Source: an uncultured bacterium (lineage in GTDB: Bacteria; Cyanobacteriota; Cyanobacteriia; Phormidesmidales; Phormidesmidaceae). From it: 64,000 bases of DNA. The number at the start of each line of letters is the position of its first letter. Position 1 is the first letter of the stretch. The stretch is taken from assembly GCA_966674685.1 (NCBI GenBank), contig CBKWJC010000009.1, positions 25,490-89,489 of the forward strand, given 5' to 3'. The notes below the pieces were generated by a model. That model worked only from the letters and a program-made list of their open reading frames with translations. It ran no database searches and had not been told where the DNA came from. A program made the position numbers and the translations under genes. Of the stretch, positions 37,437 through 47,300 are shown in pieces.

Positions 37437-37706
37437 ATGGAGTCTCTCAGTGCAAGTCAGGCTAGAGCTAACTTGTTTAACCTAGTTGAGCAAGTCAACA
37501 AAGATCACATTCCCCGAGAAATTACCAGTCGCAAAGGAAACGCTGTTTTGCTGTCCAAAGCTGATTGGGAGAGTTTGCAGGAAACTCTCTATTTGCACTC
37601 GGTTCCAGGTTTAGTAGCCTCGGTAAAGGCGGCGGAACAGGCGGATGATTGGGTTTCAGAAGAGGAGTTTTTGGAAGAATTAGATGGAATGGACGATTCA
37701 GTTTAG
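37437..37706 (+). CDS. yefM: Phd/YefM-family antitoxin
   Basis: 89 aa. The N-terminus SASQARANLFNLVEQVNKDH and the motif SKADWESLQETLYL are canonical. Confidence 0.9.
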   Translation: MESLSASQARANLFNLVEQVNKDHIPREITSRKGNAVLLSKADWESLQETLYLHSVPGLVASVKAAEQADDWVSEEEFLEELDGMDDSV

Positions 37707-37941
37707 TCGTCAAGTTCTGAAGGATACGAAAAAGCTAAGAGCCGCCAATCTAGAGACTAATCTTAAGAGCCTACTCGACATTTTCAGGCGCAATCCTTAT
37801 GAGCCACCCTATGAAAAACTCGCAGGGAATCTTCAGGGGTACTATTCGCGGCGCATCAATATCAAACATCGCTTGGTTTATTCCGTAGACAACGAAGCGA
37901 AAACCATTCGCGTCGTTTCCGTGTGGTCGCATTATGAATAA
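37684..37941 (+). CDS. yoeB: Txe/YoeB-family toxin
   Basis: 85 aa with the C-terminus YYSRRINIKHRLVYSV...IRVVSVWSHYE. It overlaps yefM by 23 nt. Confidence 0.9.
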   Translation: MEWTIQFSRQVLKDTKKLRAANLETNLKSLLDIFRRNPYEPPYEKLAGNLQGYYSRRINIKHRLVYSVDNEAKTIRVVSVWSHYE

Positions 37942-37970
37942 GACGGTTGCGATCGCACATTCCACACTCT

Positions 37971-38690
37971 CTATGCTGATTTTTCACTCACAGTCTGCTT
38001 ATCAACAAACAGCTTCGGAATAATCAGCCCTGATCTTGCTTTGTACGCTTCAAACTCCGGATAGCGAGAGAGCGACTGATCCTTTTTTCGCATATTGGGC
38101 ACAAAGATACCCGCAACAAATCCGCCCAGAATCAAAAACGGTAGCCAGTGCATCGTCAGCATTGCGAATGCCAGATAGATCAAAACTTCGCCAAGATAGT
38201 TAGGATTGCGGCAGCGGGCAAAAAAGCCTTCTGTGATGAGTCCCGACTTGTACTTGAGCGTGTAATACTTCTGGGCATCACTGCCGTAGTGCAGGAAGAC
38301 ACCCAGGATGTTAATTGCGATCGCAGCCGCCATCAGTGGCAGCGGTGGCTGGGCACCAGTGCTAATCAGCATAAACGGTGCAACCCAGTACAGGCTAACG
38401 ACGCCAAAGATAACCAACCCGGTTGACCACGGATAGTCTTGCTCCCATTGTTTATCTGGAAAAATCCGATCTTTCAGCAGCCACAAAATCCCGTAGGTGC
38501 CATGCAGCGCTAGATAGGCCCAGGCCGCAACGGAAAAGTTTTGATAGACAATCATCAGCCCCAGGACAAAAGGAGTCGTTAATCCTTTGCTGAGGTTAAT
38601 GCTGTGCTTGGCTTTCATCGCGCACCTGCCTTGAAGATCTGAATGTTGGCTTTGACAGAGATTATATTTTAGCTGTCGGTGGTGGTGCAT
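37971..38690 (-). CDS. DUF1295 / steroid-5-alpha-reductase-like membrane protein
   Basis: Polytopic membrane protein with the motif RCRNPNYLGEVLIYLAFAML. The likely start is the internal Met at 38618. Confidence 0.7.
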   Translation of the reverse strand: MHHHRQLKYNLCQSQHSDLQGRCAMKAKHSINLSKGLTTPFVLGLMIVYQNFSVAAWAYLALHGTYGILWLLKDRIFPDKQWEQDYPWSTGLVIFGVVSLYWVAPFMLISTGAQPPLPLMAAAIAINILGVFLHYGSDAQKYYTLKYKSGLITEGFFARCRNPNYLGEVLIYLAFAMLTMHWLPFLILGGFVAGIFVPNMRKKDQSLSRYPEFEAYKARSGLIIPKLFVDKQTVSEKSA

Positions 38691-38837
38691 TGATTAGGAA
38701 GAGGTGCGATCGCATTTATTTCCCGCTGACTGAGCCTGCAACAGACAGACTGCAACTTTTCTTTCCCCAGGTAGATTCTCCGCCATGCTTGCCTTTGCGA
38801 TGCTGATGACATATCAAACACACGCTCAGAACGCGAT

Positions 38838-39749
38838 TTGCGAGAATTTCCTATGGCTGGGATGAATTTATTTAAGACATTTGCCCTGCTGGCGCTACTC
38901 AGCGGCTTAATTGTGCTGGCGGGCTACCTGCTGGTCGGCAATGAGCAAGGGTTGTACTACGGTCTTGCCTTTGCCGCCTTGAGCAGTTTTGGCTCTTGGT
39001 ACTACTCTGATCAGGCCGCCCTAGCGGCGTTTCAGGCCAAGCCCACGCCACGGGAAGAAGCGCCTGAGCTGTATGCTCGGCTGGAAAAATTGTCCGATCG
39101 CGCTGGCATTCCCACACCGCCGCTCTACGTTGTGCCGTCAGAAGCTCCCAACGCCTTTGCCACGGGTCGCGATCCCAACCACGCTGCGATCGCACTCACT
39201 GAAGGAATCATCAATCTGTTGCCGGATGACGAACTCGACAGCGTTATTGCCCACGAACTGACCCACGTCCGCAATCGCGACACGCTAACTCAAGCGGTAG
39301 CCGGGACGCTAGCCGGATCGTTAACCTATTTGGGACGCATTCTCACCCTGGGTGCGCTCTACTTTCCGGTCACGCGCGGCGGACGCCGGGGCAATAACCC
39401 GATTGCGATTCTGTTCTTGCTCGTAGTCGCACCGCTGACCGCTGGATTAATCCAGATGGCGATTTCCAGAACGCGAGAATATGCCGCCGATGCGGGAGCA
39501 GCTGAAATCACGGGTAATCCTCTAGCGCTGGTGCGTGCTCTAGAGAAGCTAGAGGCTATGGGACAGAAGGTTCCCATCCACGGGAATCCGGCTTTTGCAC
39601 CGCTGTTCATTGTCAATCCCCTGACGAAAGAAGGGTTGATGACGCTGTTTATGACTCATCCGCCAACCGAGGAGCGGATTCAGCGCTTGAAGGAACTGGC
39701 TGAAAAGGGAGATGCCCGAAAAGCACAGGTACTAAGCCCCAGTACTTAG
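38838..39749 (+). CDS. htpX: zinc metalloprotease HtpX homologue (M48)
   Basis: HELTHVRNRD (HExxH), TREYAAD and THPPTEERIQRL, with N-terminal TM helices. Confidence 0.9.
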   Translation: MREFPMAGMNLFKTFALLALLSGLIVLAGYLLVGNEQGLYYGLAFAALSSFGSWYYSDQAALAAFQAKPTPREEAPELYARLEKLSDRAGIPTPPLYVVPSEAPNAFATGRDPNHAAIALTEGIINLLPDDELDSVIAHELTHVRNRDTLTQAVAGTLAGSLTYLGRILTLGALYFPVTRGGRRGNNPIAILFLLVVAPLTAGLIQMAISRTREYAADAGAAEITGNPLALVRALEKLEAMGQKVPIHGNPAFAPLFIVNPLTKEGLMTLFMTHPPTEERIQRLKELAEKGDARKAQVLSPST

Positions 39750-39775
39750 TAGTCCGTCAACTTCGTTTTAATGGG

Positions 39776-39824
39776 TTTAGCTGGTTGATGTGTCGCGCGG
39801 AGCGCGACACATCAACCAGCTAAA
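39776..39824. terminator. bidirectional stem-loop between convergent htpX and queA
   Basis: Near-perfect inverted repeat with arms of about 22 bp, TTTAGCTGGTTGATGTGTCGCG / CGCGACACATCAACCAGCTAAA. Confidence 0.7.
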
Positions 39825-39899
39825 CTTAATTTACAGAGTATTGCAGCATGGATTTAATCAATCGGTGCTGGTGGAGTACAGCATGGAGTACGGCAGTGT

Positions 39900-41027
39900 T
39901 TATCTGCGTGCCTCTGGCAGGATCAGCATGGCATCGCCGAAGGAGTAGAACCGATAGTTTTCTGCGATCGCAACTTGATACAAATCCAGTAACCGCTGAC
40001 GACCGATCAGGGCACTAACCAACATCAGCAGGCTAGAACCGGGCAGGTGAAAATTAGTAATCAGCCCATCCACCACCTGCCACTTATAGCCCGGATAGAT
40101 AAACAGATCGGTTTTGCCAGTAAATGGCTCAAGCATACCCGACTGTGCTGCCCCCTCCAGCGCCCGCGTCACCGTCGTACCCACAGCAAACACCCGCCCT
40201 CCTTGCGCCTTCGTTTGCCGAATCTTCTCTACGGTATCGGGCGGAATCTCAATCCGCTCCTCGTGCATCTGGTGGGAGGTAATCGTCTCGGCCTCGACCG
40301 GGCGAAATGTACCCAGACCTACATGCAGCGTCAGATAAGCCTGAGGAATCCCCCGCTGCGTTAGCTCTTCAAATAGTCCTGGCGTAAAGTGTAATCCCGC
40401 TGTCGGTGCGGCCACAGCTCCTGGCTGACGCGCATAGATTGTTTGATAGCGATCGGCTGGAGCTTGGGATTGAGTGATATAGGGCGGCAGCGGCACCTGC
40501 CCCAGCTTTTCAATCACCGTCACAAACGGCTCATCCGTATGCATCTCAAACTGAAGAATTCGCCCCCCCGTTGCCTCATCTGTATGCATTACCGTCGCGC
40601 TTAGCACCGGAGCAGACAGCAATTCAGCCTGCGGATCGGCATTTGCCAACTGTTCTGGCAGCGCAAACTGAATCACGGCTCCCGGTTTGAGACGGCGTCC
40701 TGGTTTTACCAGCGCTAACCATCGTAAAGGAGCCTGTTCCTCCAAAAGCAAAATTTCAACCGCTGCCCCACCCACTTTACGACCGTACAACCGAGCCGGG
40801 ATCACGCGCGTATCGTTCAAAACTAGCAGGTCTCCCGGTCGGAGGAACTGGGTAATGTCACGAAAGATACAGTGCTGATGCTGTGTTCGCGATTTAACAA
40901 CCAGCAGCCGTGATTGATCCCTTGGTGTAGCTGGGTTCTGAGCGATTCGGCCTTCTGGTAAATCATACTGATAGGCGGCAAGAGTCAGATCATCAGTATG
41001 CACAGTGTTGGGGGATAGATCAGTCAT
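39900..41027 (-). CDS. queA: S-adenosylmethionine:tRNA ribosyltransferase-isomerase
   Basis: 375 aa with [36 protein letters not shown] and [10 protein letters not shown]. Confidence 0.93.
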   Translation of the reverse strand: MTDLSPNTVHTDDLTLAAYQYDLPEGRIAQNPATPRDQSRLLVVKSRTQHQHCIFRDITQFLRPGDLLVLNDTRVIPARLYGRKVGGAAVEILLLEEQAPLRWLALVKPGRRLKPGAVIQFALPEQLANADPQAELLSAPVLSATVMHTDEATGGRILQFEMHTDEPFVTVIEKLGQVPLPPYITQSQAPADRYQTIYARQPGAVAAPTAGLHFTPGLFEELTQRGIPQAYLTLHVGLGTFRPVEAETITSHQMHEERIEIPPDTVEKIRQTKAQGGRVFAVGTTVTRALEGAAQSGMLEPFTGKTDLFIYPGYKWQVVDGLITNFHLPGSSLLMLVSALIGRQRLLDLYQVAIAENYRFYSFGDAMLILPEARR

Positions 41028-41219
41028 AGGTCGAAGCTAGAAGAACAGAAGGCGAATTAATCACTCAACGGCTGTAAGGGTTGAAATCGCGATGGGGATC
41101 GCATTTCCGGGATTGGGTGGAACCCCTTATGGAGGTCGGGTGCATCTCCCCTGTTAGACGTTGGTCTAAGTTGCGACAATACGGGTAGAGAATTCAGACA
41201 AGCTACCCGGTTCGGCGCT

Positions 41220-41609
41220 ATGGAATACATTTACTACCTTGCGAATGCGAGTCTAACACTTCGGGTGGTGGAATACCTACACAACATGAAATGGTTGCCC
41301 GTTCGTTTTGTGACAGTAATTCATCAAATCGATGGATGGATCATCAAGATCAAGCTTGGTCATTTGCTCGATCCTGAAGATGAAGCAGATATGAGGGCTT
41401 TCCTGAATGAAGTTGGCGTTCCATTTGAACCCAGCGATCGCGTTCGGATGGCGCTGTGGGGACTTGAAATTGGTCAGTCTCCAGTGGATATTATGCGTCG
41501 CTATCAGGTGGCAATTGTATCTCATGGCAATCCGAACAGCCGCGAAATTGAAGAGTTTCGCAAGCAGTTTGTTTCAGGATTGGGCTACTGTCCAGAAACG
41601 CTTGCTTAG
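41220..41609 (+). CDS. hypothetical protein
   Basis: 129-aa ORF followed by a terminator hairpin. Confidence 0.45.
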   Translation: MEYIYYLANASLTLRVVEYLHNMKWLPVRFVTVIHQIDGWIIKIKLGHLLDPEDEADMRAFLNEVGVPFEPSDRVRMALWGLEIGQSPVDIMRRYQVAIVSHGNPNSREIEEFRKQFVSGLGYCPETLA

Positions 41610-41652
41610 GCATCGATGAGTCTAGACATATAGGGAGAATATGCTTCTGCTT

Positions 41653-41680
41653 ATCCAGGTTGAAAGACCTGGATTTTTTT
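41653..41680 (+). terminator. intrinsic terminator
   Basis: ATCCAGGT-TGAAAG-ACCTGGAT followed by TTTTTTT. Confidence 0.75.
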
Positions 41681-41978
41681 AGGGCGGCAAAGTCAACTGG
41701 ACTGCGCTCTCAAAAGGCGACACATCGTCAGCCAGAGAGAAATGAGCTTGCGAATTTACTGGCTTTTGATGCTCTCTCCAGTTAGCTTTACTGCTCTAGT
41801 TTTGGATAGTGATCTTCAGGCGCTTGGGGGCCAATCGCACTCGGATGCACGCCAAAGTCGTGTCCGGTCTTTGAGTCGTGCATGGGGAGAGTCGAACACA
41901 TGCGCTTTGAGTGCTGCACAGCCACAGGGTTTTGACAAAATGCGCCAAAATCCTGCGGCTGCGCCGTTTTGAAAACGA

Positions 41979-43445
41979 CTATTCTTCTTCGCTTAGGGCA
42001 GTGTTGTCGTCTGTTTCGTAGTCTGTATCGGCTGCTGCCTCTGCTAGATCGGCTTCATCATCAACTTCATCGGTTTCGACTTCATCAGCTTCGGCGTTGT
42101 CTGAGGTTGATGCGATCGCACTCACCTCATCTTCCTCATCAATCTCATCAATCTCATCAGCCGTTTCTGCCGCCGCCGCTTCTGCCTCAGCCTCAGCCGC
42201 TGCTAAAGCCGCTGCCTCAGCTTCCTCTGCTTCTAGAGCTGCCTCAGCTTCGGCTTCGGCCAATTCAGCTTGGCGACGAGCTTCCTGTAGCTCAGCCACT
42301 TTTTGATCCTCGGCAGCATAGTCGTATTTCGCTGCATCTTTGATATCGATTTTCCAGCCCGTCAGCCGAGCCGCTAGGCGCACATTCTGGCCTTCTTTAC
42401 CGATCGCCAAACTGAGCTGATCTTCCGGTACCAGGACGTGAGCCTGCCGCTCCTCAGGATTCATGAGTCGCACTTCCGTGACCCGTGCTGGACTGAGGGC
42501 ATTAGCGATATACGTGGAGGGGTCAGGCGACCAGCGAATCACGTCAATCTTTTCGCCCCGCAGTTCATTGACGACGGCTTGAATCCGTGAGCCGCGCGCG
42601 CCAATGCAGGCTCCTACTGGATCAACATCCCGCTCTGCCGTATCGACGGCGATTTTGGTGCGGGGGCCAACCGAGCGCGACGGGGGGTTTGCTTCTCGCG
42701 CCACGGCGACAATCCGCACCACTTCATCTTCAATTTCAGGCACTTCCGTCGCAAATAGGTCAACCACAAGGGCAGCATCTGTGCGAGAAACCAGCAGTTG
42801 CGGACCACGATGGGAACCTTCTGAAACCTTTTTCAGAACGACTTTGAACGTGGCGTTGGCGCGGTAGTTATCGTTGGGTAGCTGGTCACGCTTGAGCAGT
42901 TCGGCCTCTTGTTCTGGCTGGTTGTAGCCGCTGGTGACAGTCATAATTACCGATTGGCGCTCAAAGCGACGCACGGTGGCCTGGAGAATTTCGCCTTCTA
43001 GATCTTTGAATTCTTCCTGAATCAGTTTGCGCTGCTGATCGCGCAGTTTTTGGGCGAGCACCTGCTTGGTTTGAATCGCCGCCATCCGGCCAAATTCGCC
43101 CCGATCGGGAGTGACATCTAACACCACCGTGTCGCCAAGCTGCGCTTCGGGCGCAACTTCCTGCACATCCGCTAGGGCAATTTGGTGATCATGATCGGAG
43201 ACAGATTCGACGATGGTTTTATTGGCAAGGATGCGAAAACCTTCTTCTTCAGGGTCTAGCTCAACTTCAAAATTCTCGAAATACTCTTCTTCAAAACTAT
43301 CGAGGTGCTGAGCACGACGGTAGCGTTCGTAGCCTTTCATCAGCGCCTCACGCAGTGCCGCTTGCACGGCATGTTTGGGCAACGTGCGTTCTCGGCTAAT
43401 GTTTTCGATCATGTCTTGTAATCCCGGCAGCGGAACCATTGACAT
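41979..43445 (-). CDS. nusA: transcription termination/antitermination factor NusA with an acidic Ala/Glu-rich tail
   Basis: N-terminal domain, S1 and two KH regions (VGACIGARGSRIQ and AIGKEGQNVRLA). The C-terminal ~95 aa are an (E/A)n and D/E-rich tail. Confidence 0.93.
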   Translation of the reverse strand: MSMVPLPGLQDMIENISRERTLPKHAVQAALREALMKGYERYRRAQHLDSFEEEYFENFEVELDPEEEGFRILANKTIVESVSDHDHQIALADVQEVAPEAQLGDTVVLDVTPDRGEFGRMAAIQTKQVLAQKLRDQQRKLIQEEFKDLEGEILQATVRRFERQSVIMTVTSGYNQPEQEAELLKRDQLPNDNYRANATFKVVLKKVSEGSHRGPQLLVSRTDAALVVDLFATEVPEIEDEVVRIVAVAREANPPSRSVGPRTKIAVDTAERDVDPVGACIGARGSRIQAVVNELRGEKIDVIRWSPDPSTYIANALSPARVTEVRLMNPEERQAHVLVPEDQLSLAIGKEGQNVRLAARLTGWKIDIKDAAKYDYAAEDQKVAELQEARRQAELAEAEAEAALEAEEAEAAALAAAEAEAEAAAAETADEIDEIDEEDEVSAIASTSDNAEADEVETDEVDDEADLAEAAADTDYETDDNTALSEEE

Positions 43446-43777
43446 AGAAAAACCTCCAGTTAAGTGTGAGTTGCGAGCGTGAATTCGTTTACTTGTAACG
43501 TTATGACGGGCGATTAACCCTGGAAAAACCTAAACTTAACGATTAACTTTTAGGAACGAGAATTAAATAACATCCACATTCTGTAGGATGTGCTGTGGCA
43601 AATGCCTCACACATCAATTCCTTGTTCTATGCAGAGTTCTATGCAGATTACACTCGTGCGCCGAGACTTGACTTGTTCATCAATCTGTTCATTCATTGTT
43701 GATGCGGTGGCGATGCCCACCCTACAGGGGACTCTCGGAAACATCTGTGTAATTCATAAAATCCATAGAACGATTGG

Positions 43778-44233
43778 CTAGTCCTCAAGCTGAACTCGGT
43801 AAACAAGCTGACGCGGAATGGCGATGGTTCGTCCTTTGAGCGATAGATGAATGGCGTCCTCGTCTCGCTTGACCAGTTGTCCTGTCCATTGATCCTGACC
43901 GTCGTAGGGTTCACTCAGCATCAGAACAACCGGAAAGCCGCGAAAGGCGACAAATTCGCGATCGCTCTCTAGGGTGCGAGTTGTACCTGGACTGGAAACC
44001 TCCAGCACGTAAGCTCCCGGAATGATATCAGCCTCGTCTAGGGTGACTTCTAGGGCACGGCTCATGCGCTCGCAGTCATCCAACCCGGTGTCCTGTGCTT
44101 GGTTGCGAACGTCAATCCGCAATACGGGTGGCTTTTGGTTGGTGTAGAATATGGCGCCAACCACCTCTAGACCCAACTCTTGGGCGATGGGGTCAGCAAT
44201 ATCGATGACTTTGGGGACGAGTGGATGAACCAT
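43778..44233 (-). CDS. rimP: ribosome maturation factor RimP
   Basis: 151 aa. The pattern LEVSSPG...R.L and the position upstream of nusA support the call. Confidence 0.85.
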   Translation of the reverse strand: MVHPLVPKVIDIADPIAQELGLEVVGAIFYTNQKPPVLRIDVRNQAQDTGLDDCERMSRALEVTLDEADIIPGAYVLEVSSPGTTRTLESDREFVAFRGFPVVLMLSEPYDGQDQWTGQLVKRDEDAIHLSLKGRTIAIPRQLVYRVQLED

Positions 44234-44391
44234 ACGACTAGTTGCAGGTGAGCTGGGATTTAAAAATCCCTAAACAACAAAAAAAGTGGGCGCATCCCCA
44301 CTTCCTCTGGCGACCTAATGCTGAACTAGCTTGCTCAACGTGGTGCCTAGCAACTCAGTGTAGCGCATGTGTCGGGGAATGACGAATTCTC

Positions 44392-47300
44392 TTAAAAGCG
44401 GGTTTCGTATTCCAGAATCAGGCGGCTATCGTCGTCCAGGTTGGTTGAACCGCGCAGGAGGAACTCATCGTTGATCCGATAGCGGAGGCCAAAGCGGGTA
44501 GAGTCTTCGCTGCCCGTGAGAATTTGCACAACGGATGCGGATAAATCATCGGTGATGTCGATACCGAGTTCAGCCCCCAGCGCTAGCGCCGAAGTCTGCT
44601 CGTCATCCGACGTGACGTAGGTGGGGAATAGGCGGAATTCGCTGAGGCCGATGGCTGTACCGATCGCATCTTGGATGCCGCCAAATAGAGTCGAACCCGC
44701 TAAGTTTGCGATCGCAAGTGTGCTGTCGCTGCGTCCCAAAGTATCGACAAAGCCACCCCCAATCAGTGAGACAATTTCAGCCTCACTGCGGGACGGACTG
44801 CTGGTGAGTTCAATATTTTCAAACAGTTCACTGGCCAACCCCGTCACCGTGGCGTAAATTCGCACCGTTTGCAGTTCACCCACGCTATTGCGGGAAACAT
44901 CCTGCACTTCGGTTGAGGCAAAGGGAATTGCCCCCTGCCACGTCGATGAGGTGGTGTCTTGAATCGGTGCGCGGGTCACCTCCGTGGCTGAGGTAATTAG
45001 CTGAATATCTAAGAGGGGATTGAGTCCCAAGTTCGTTCGAAACGTGGCGGTTTGAGGATAGTCGTTGGTCAGACGGAAACGACTGGTGAACAGATTAACC
45101 TGCCCCCGCTGTAGCTCAATCGTGCCGTCTGGGCGGAGGCTTTGCAGATTATTTAGACTGCCGTTGAGCAGAATGTTTCCGGTGGCGATAAACGCCAGAA
45201 TTGGCTCTTTGCGGATTTCCACATTGTCGCCGAGCTGCAGGTTGAGATCGCGGAATCGCAGCGATGCAGTTGCATTCGGCTCCACCAGTGCTGGATCGGC
45301 AGCACTGGTCTCTACGCTGTCCGGCGTTGAGCCATTTGTCGCAGCGACAGTGGTAGCGCCATTGCCAGCCTGATCGGGTAGGAAGAATTGGCCATTCGAC
45401 AGGACAACATCTCCCTGCAACTGGGGAGCCAGGGCGCTTCCCAGCAGGAAAACCTGACCACCCACACCGCCGTTATAGAGTCCCTTAAAGTTGATATCAA
45501 TGTCCCGCATGGTCAGGGTGAGCGGATCGGCCAGATCCGGATCGCCTTCTGATAGGGATTGAAAAATTGGGATCACCCCAGCCGCGTATATTTCGCCTTG
45601 GCTAAAATCACCCCGCAGTTGATCGACCATAATGCGATCGCGGCTGAACTGAATTTGACCATCGACATTGGTGAACGGTTCAGTGGGAAAGGTTTGTGAA
45701 GCCAACACCGCATCTTGCACTTCAATATCGCCCAGAACCGAGAGATTAGTTGGCGCTCCCGCAATCTGCAACTGAGCCCGCCCTTCTCCCTCGATCCATT
45801 CCACCTGATCGGTAAAGGCATTCAAAAAGGCCAAGCCTTCATTACGCACGTCAACCTGAACCAATACTTCATCGGTAGATGGTGCAACGCTGACAAAGGG
45901 AAATTGATAGGGGATGCGAGCCTGGAGGGTCAAGGGTTCTTTGGACTTACCAACCACGACGTTACCGTTGGCTCCAATTACCGCATCGGCATAGCGGAAG
46001 GACACCTCGCCCATGCGAATCTCGGTGTTGTTGATGGAAGCATCGCTCAAACTGGCGCTGCCTACCACATTGGGATTGTCAAAGCTGCCGCTCAAGTTGG
46101 CCAGAATGCCAAAATCACCTTCTAAATCAACAGGCAAATCGACAAAATCCCGCACCAGAGCGACAGGGAGATTGCGCGCCTCTAGCTGCCCCGTCTGATC
46201 GTTCCCACCAATGCGACCCCGGAACGACAGCAGCAGATCGTCGTCACCGACCAACCGCAGCGGCTGGAGAGTCAGCACATCTTGATCGAGATTGCCCTGA
46301 GCCACCACATCATTAATCCGATAGCGATCCCAAATCCAGTTCTCACCATCGAGATCGAATTCCATCTGTAAGCCCTGACGCGGTGACCAGGCAATATTCT
46401 CAATCGTGCCGGAAAATTCGCCAGTCAGTTCTGACAAAGGCGGTAACCGAGAAGCATTAGCCTGCTCTAGACGCTGCTGCGCTAGGAGCGCATCAATCTC
46501 GGCCAGCCGCCGCAACTGGCGCAAGATGGGCACGTCACCGGGGAAGCCGACGTCGATTAAATCCAGACTGGCGGCACCATCATAAATCGGAGGACGCAAC
46601 CCCCGCTGGAGATCTTCCAGTTCAAAGAGTTTAAGCGCCGTGAGGATATCCTGTAAGCGACCTTGCTCAATTTGGATGCTGCCCTGCACTAGCGGTTCCG
46701 CACCGGGCGTGACGCGTCCCTGGAGCTGGTAGACGCTTTCACCCTGGCTGAGAGTGGTTGTGGGAATCAACAGCGCGCCATCGGCATAGCGAAAATCGCC
46801 CTGCAAATCGTCAATTTCGATATAGCCAATGCGGGGATCAGCGACCTGATAGGAACCAACCAGGCTGCGATCCAGCCAGTTGAAGGTTAGATCGGCATCC
46901 ACCTCGCCGCCCAAACTGCCCAAGTAACCAGCCGGAGGCAGTGCCAGTCGATCCAAGCGCAGGTTCTCAAGTCCAATGATCAAATCGTCGCCACTGGATC
47001 GACCTGTTGCGATCGCATCATCTAGCACCACCCGAAACTCCTGGGGCCGATTATCAGCAGCTAACCGGAGCAGAACGCTGTCGGCTGGCCCTTGCAAATC
47101 CAGATCCAGACCGCTACCCAGGCCATAGCGAATCGTGCCCACCAGCGTCGGATCAAAAGCCAGGGTATTGACCCGTGTCTGATTGACCTGCACGTCACCC
47201 ACCAGATTGATCGCAGACAGCGGCCCCGTTACCTGTCCCGCAAAATCTGCCGTCCCCGTCAGATTGGCGTAGGGTAGCGACACGGGTAGTGAGGTCAGCG

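Noticed and set aside
41650-41978. Search for a ylxR-like small ORF downstream of nusA on the minus strand.
   Set aside because: All three frames were translated by eye. None has the RxCxxCR motif or a credible start. This is reported as a synteny observation instead.
41969-42343. 124-aa plus-strand ORF rich in L, P, Q and R.
   Set aside because: It is an antisense shadow of the nusA acidic GAA/GCT-repeat tail. Its composition is low-complexity and it has no independent signals.
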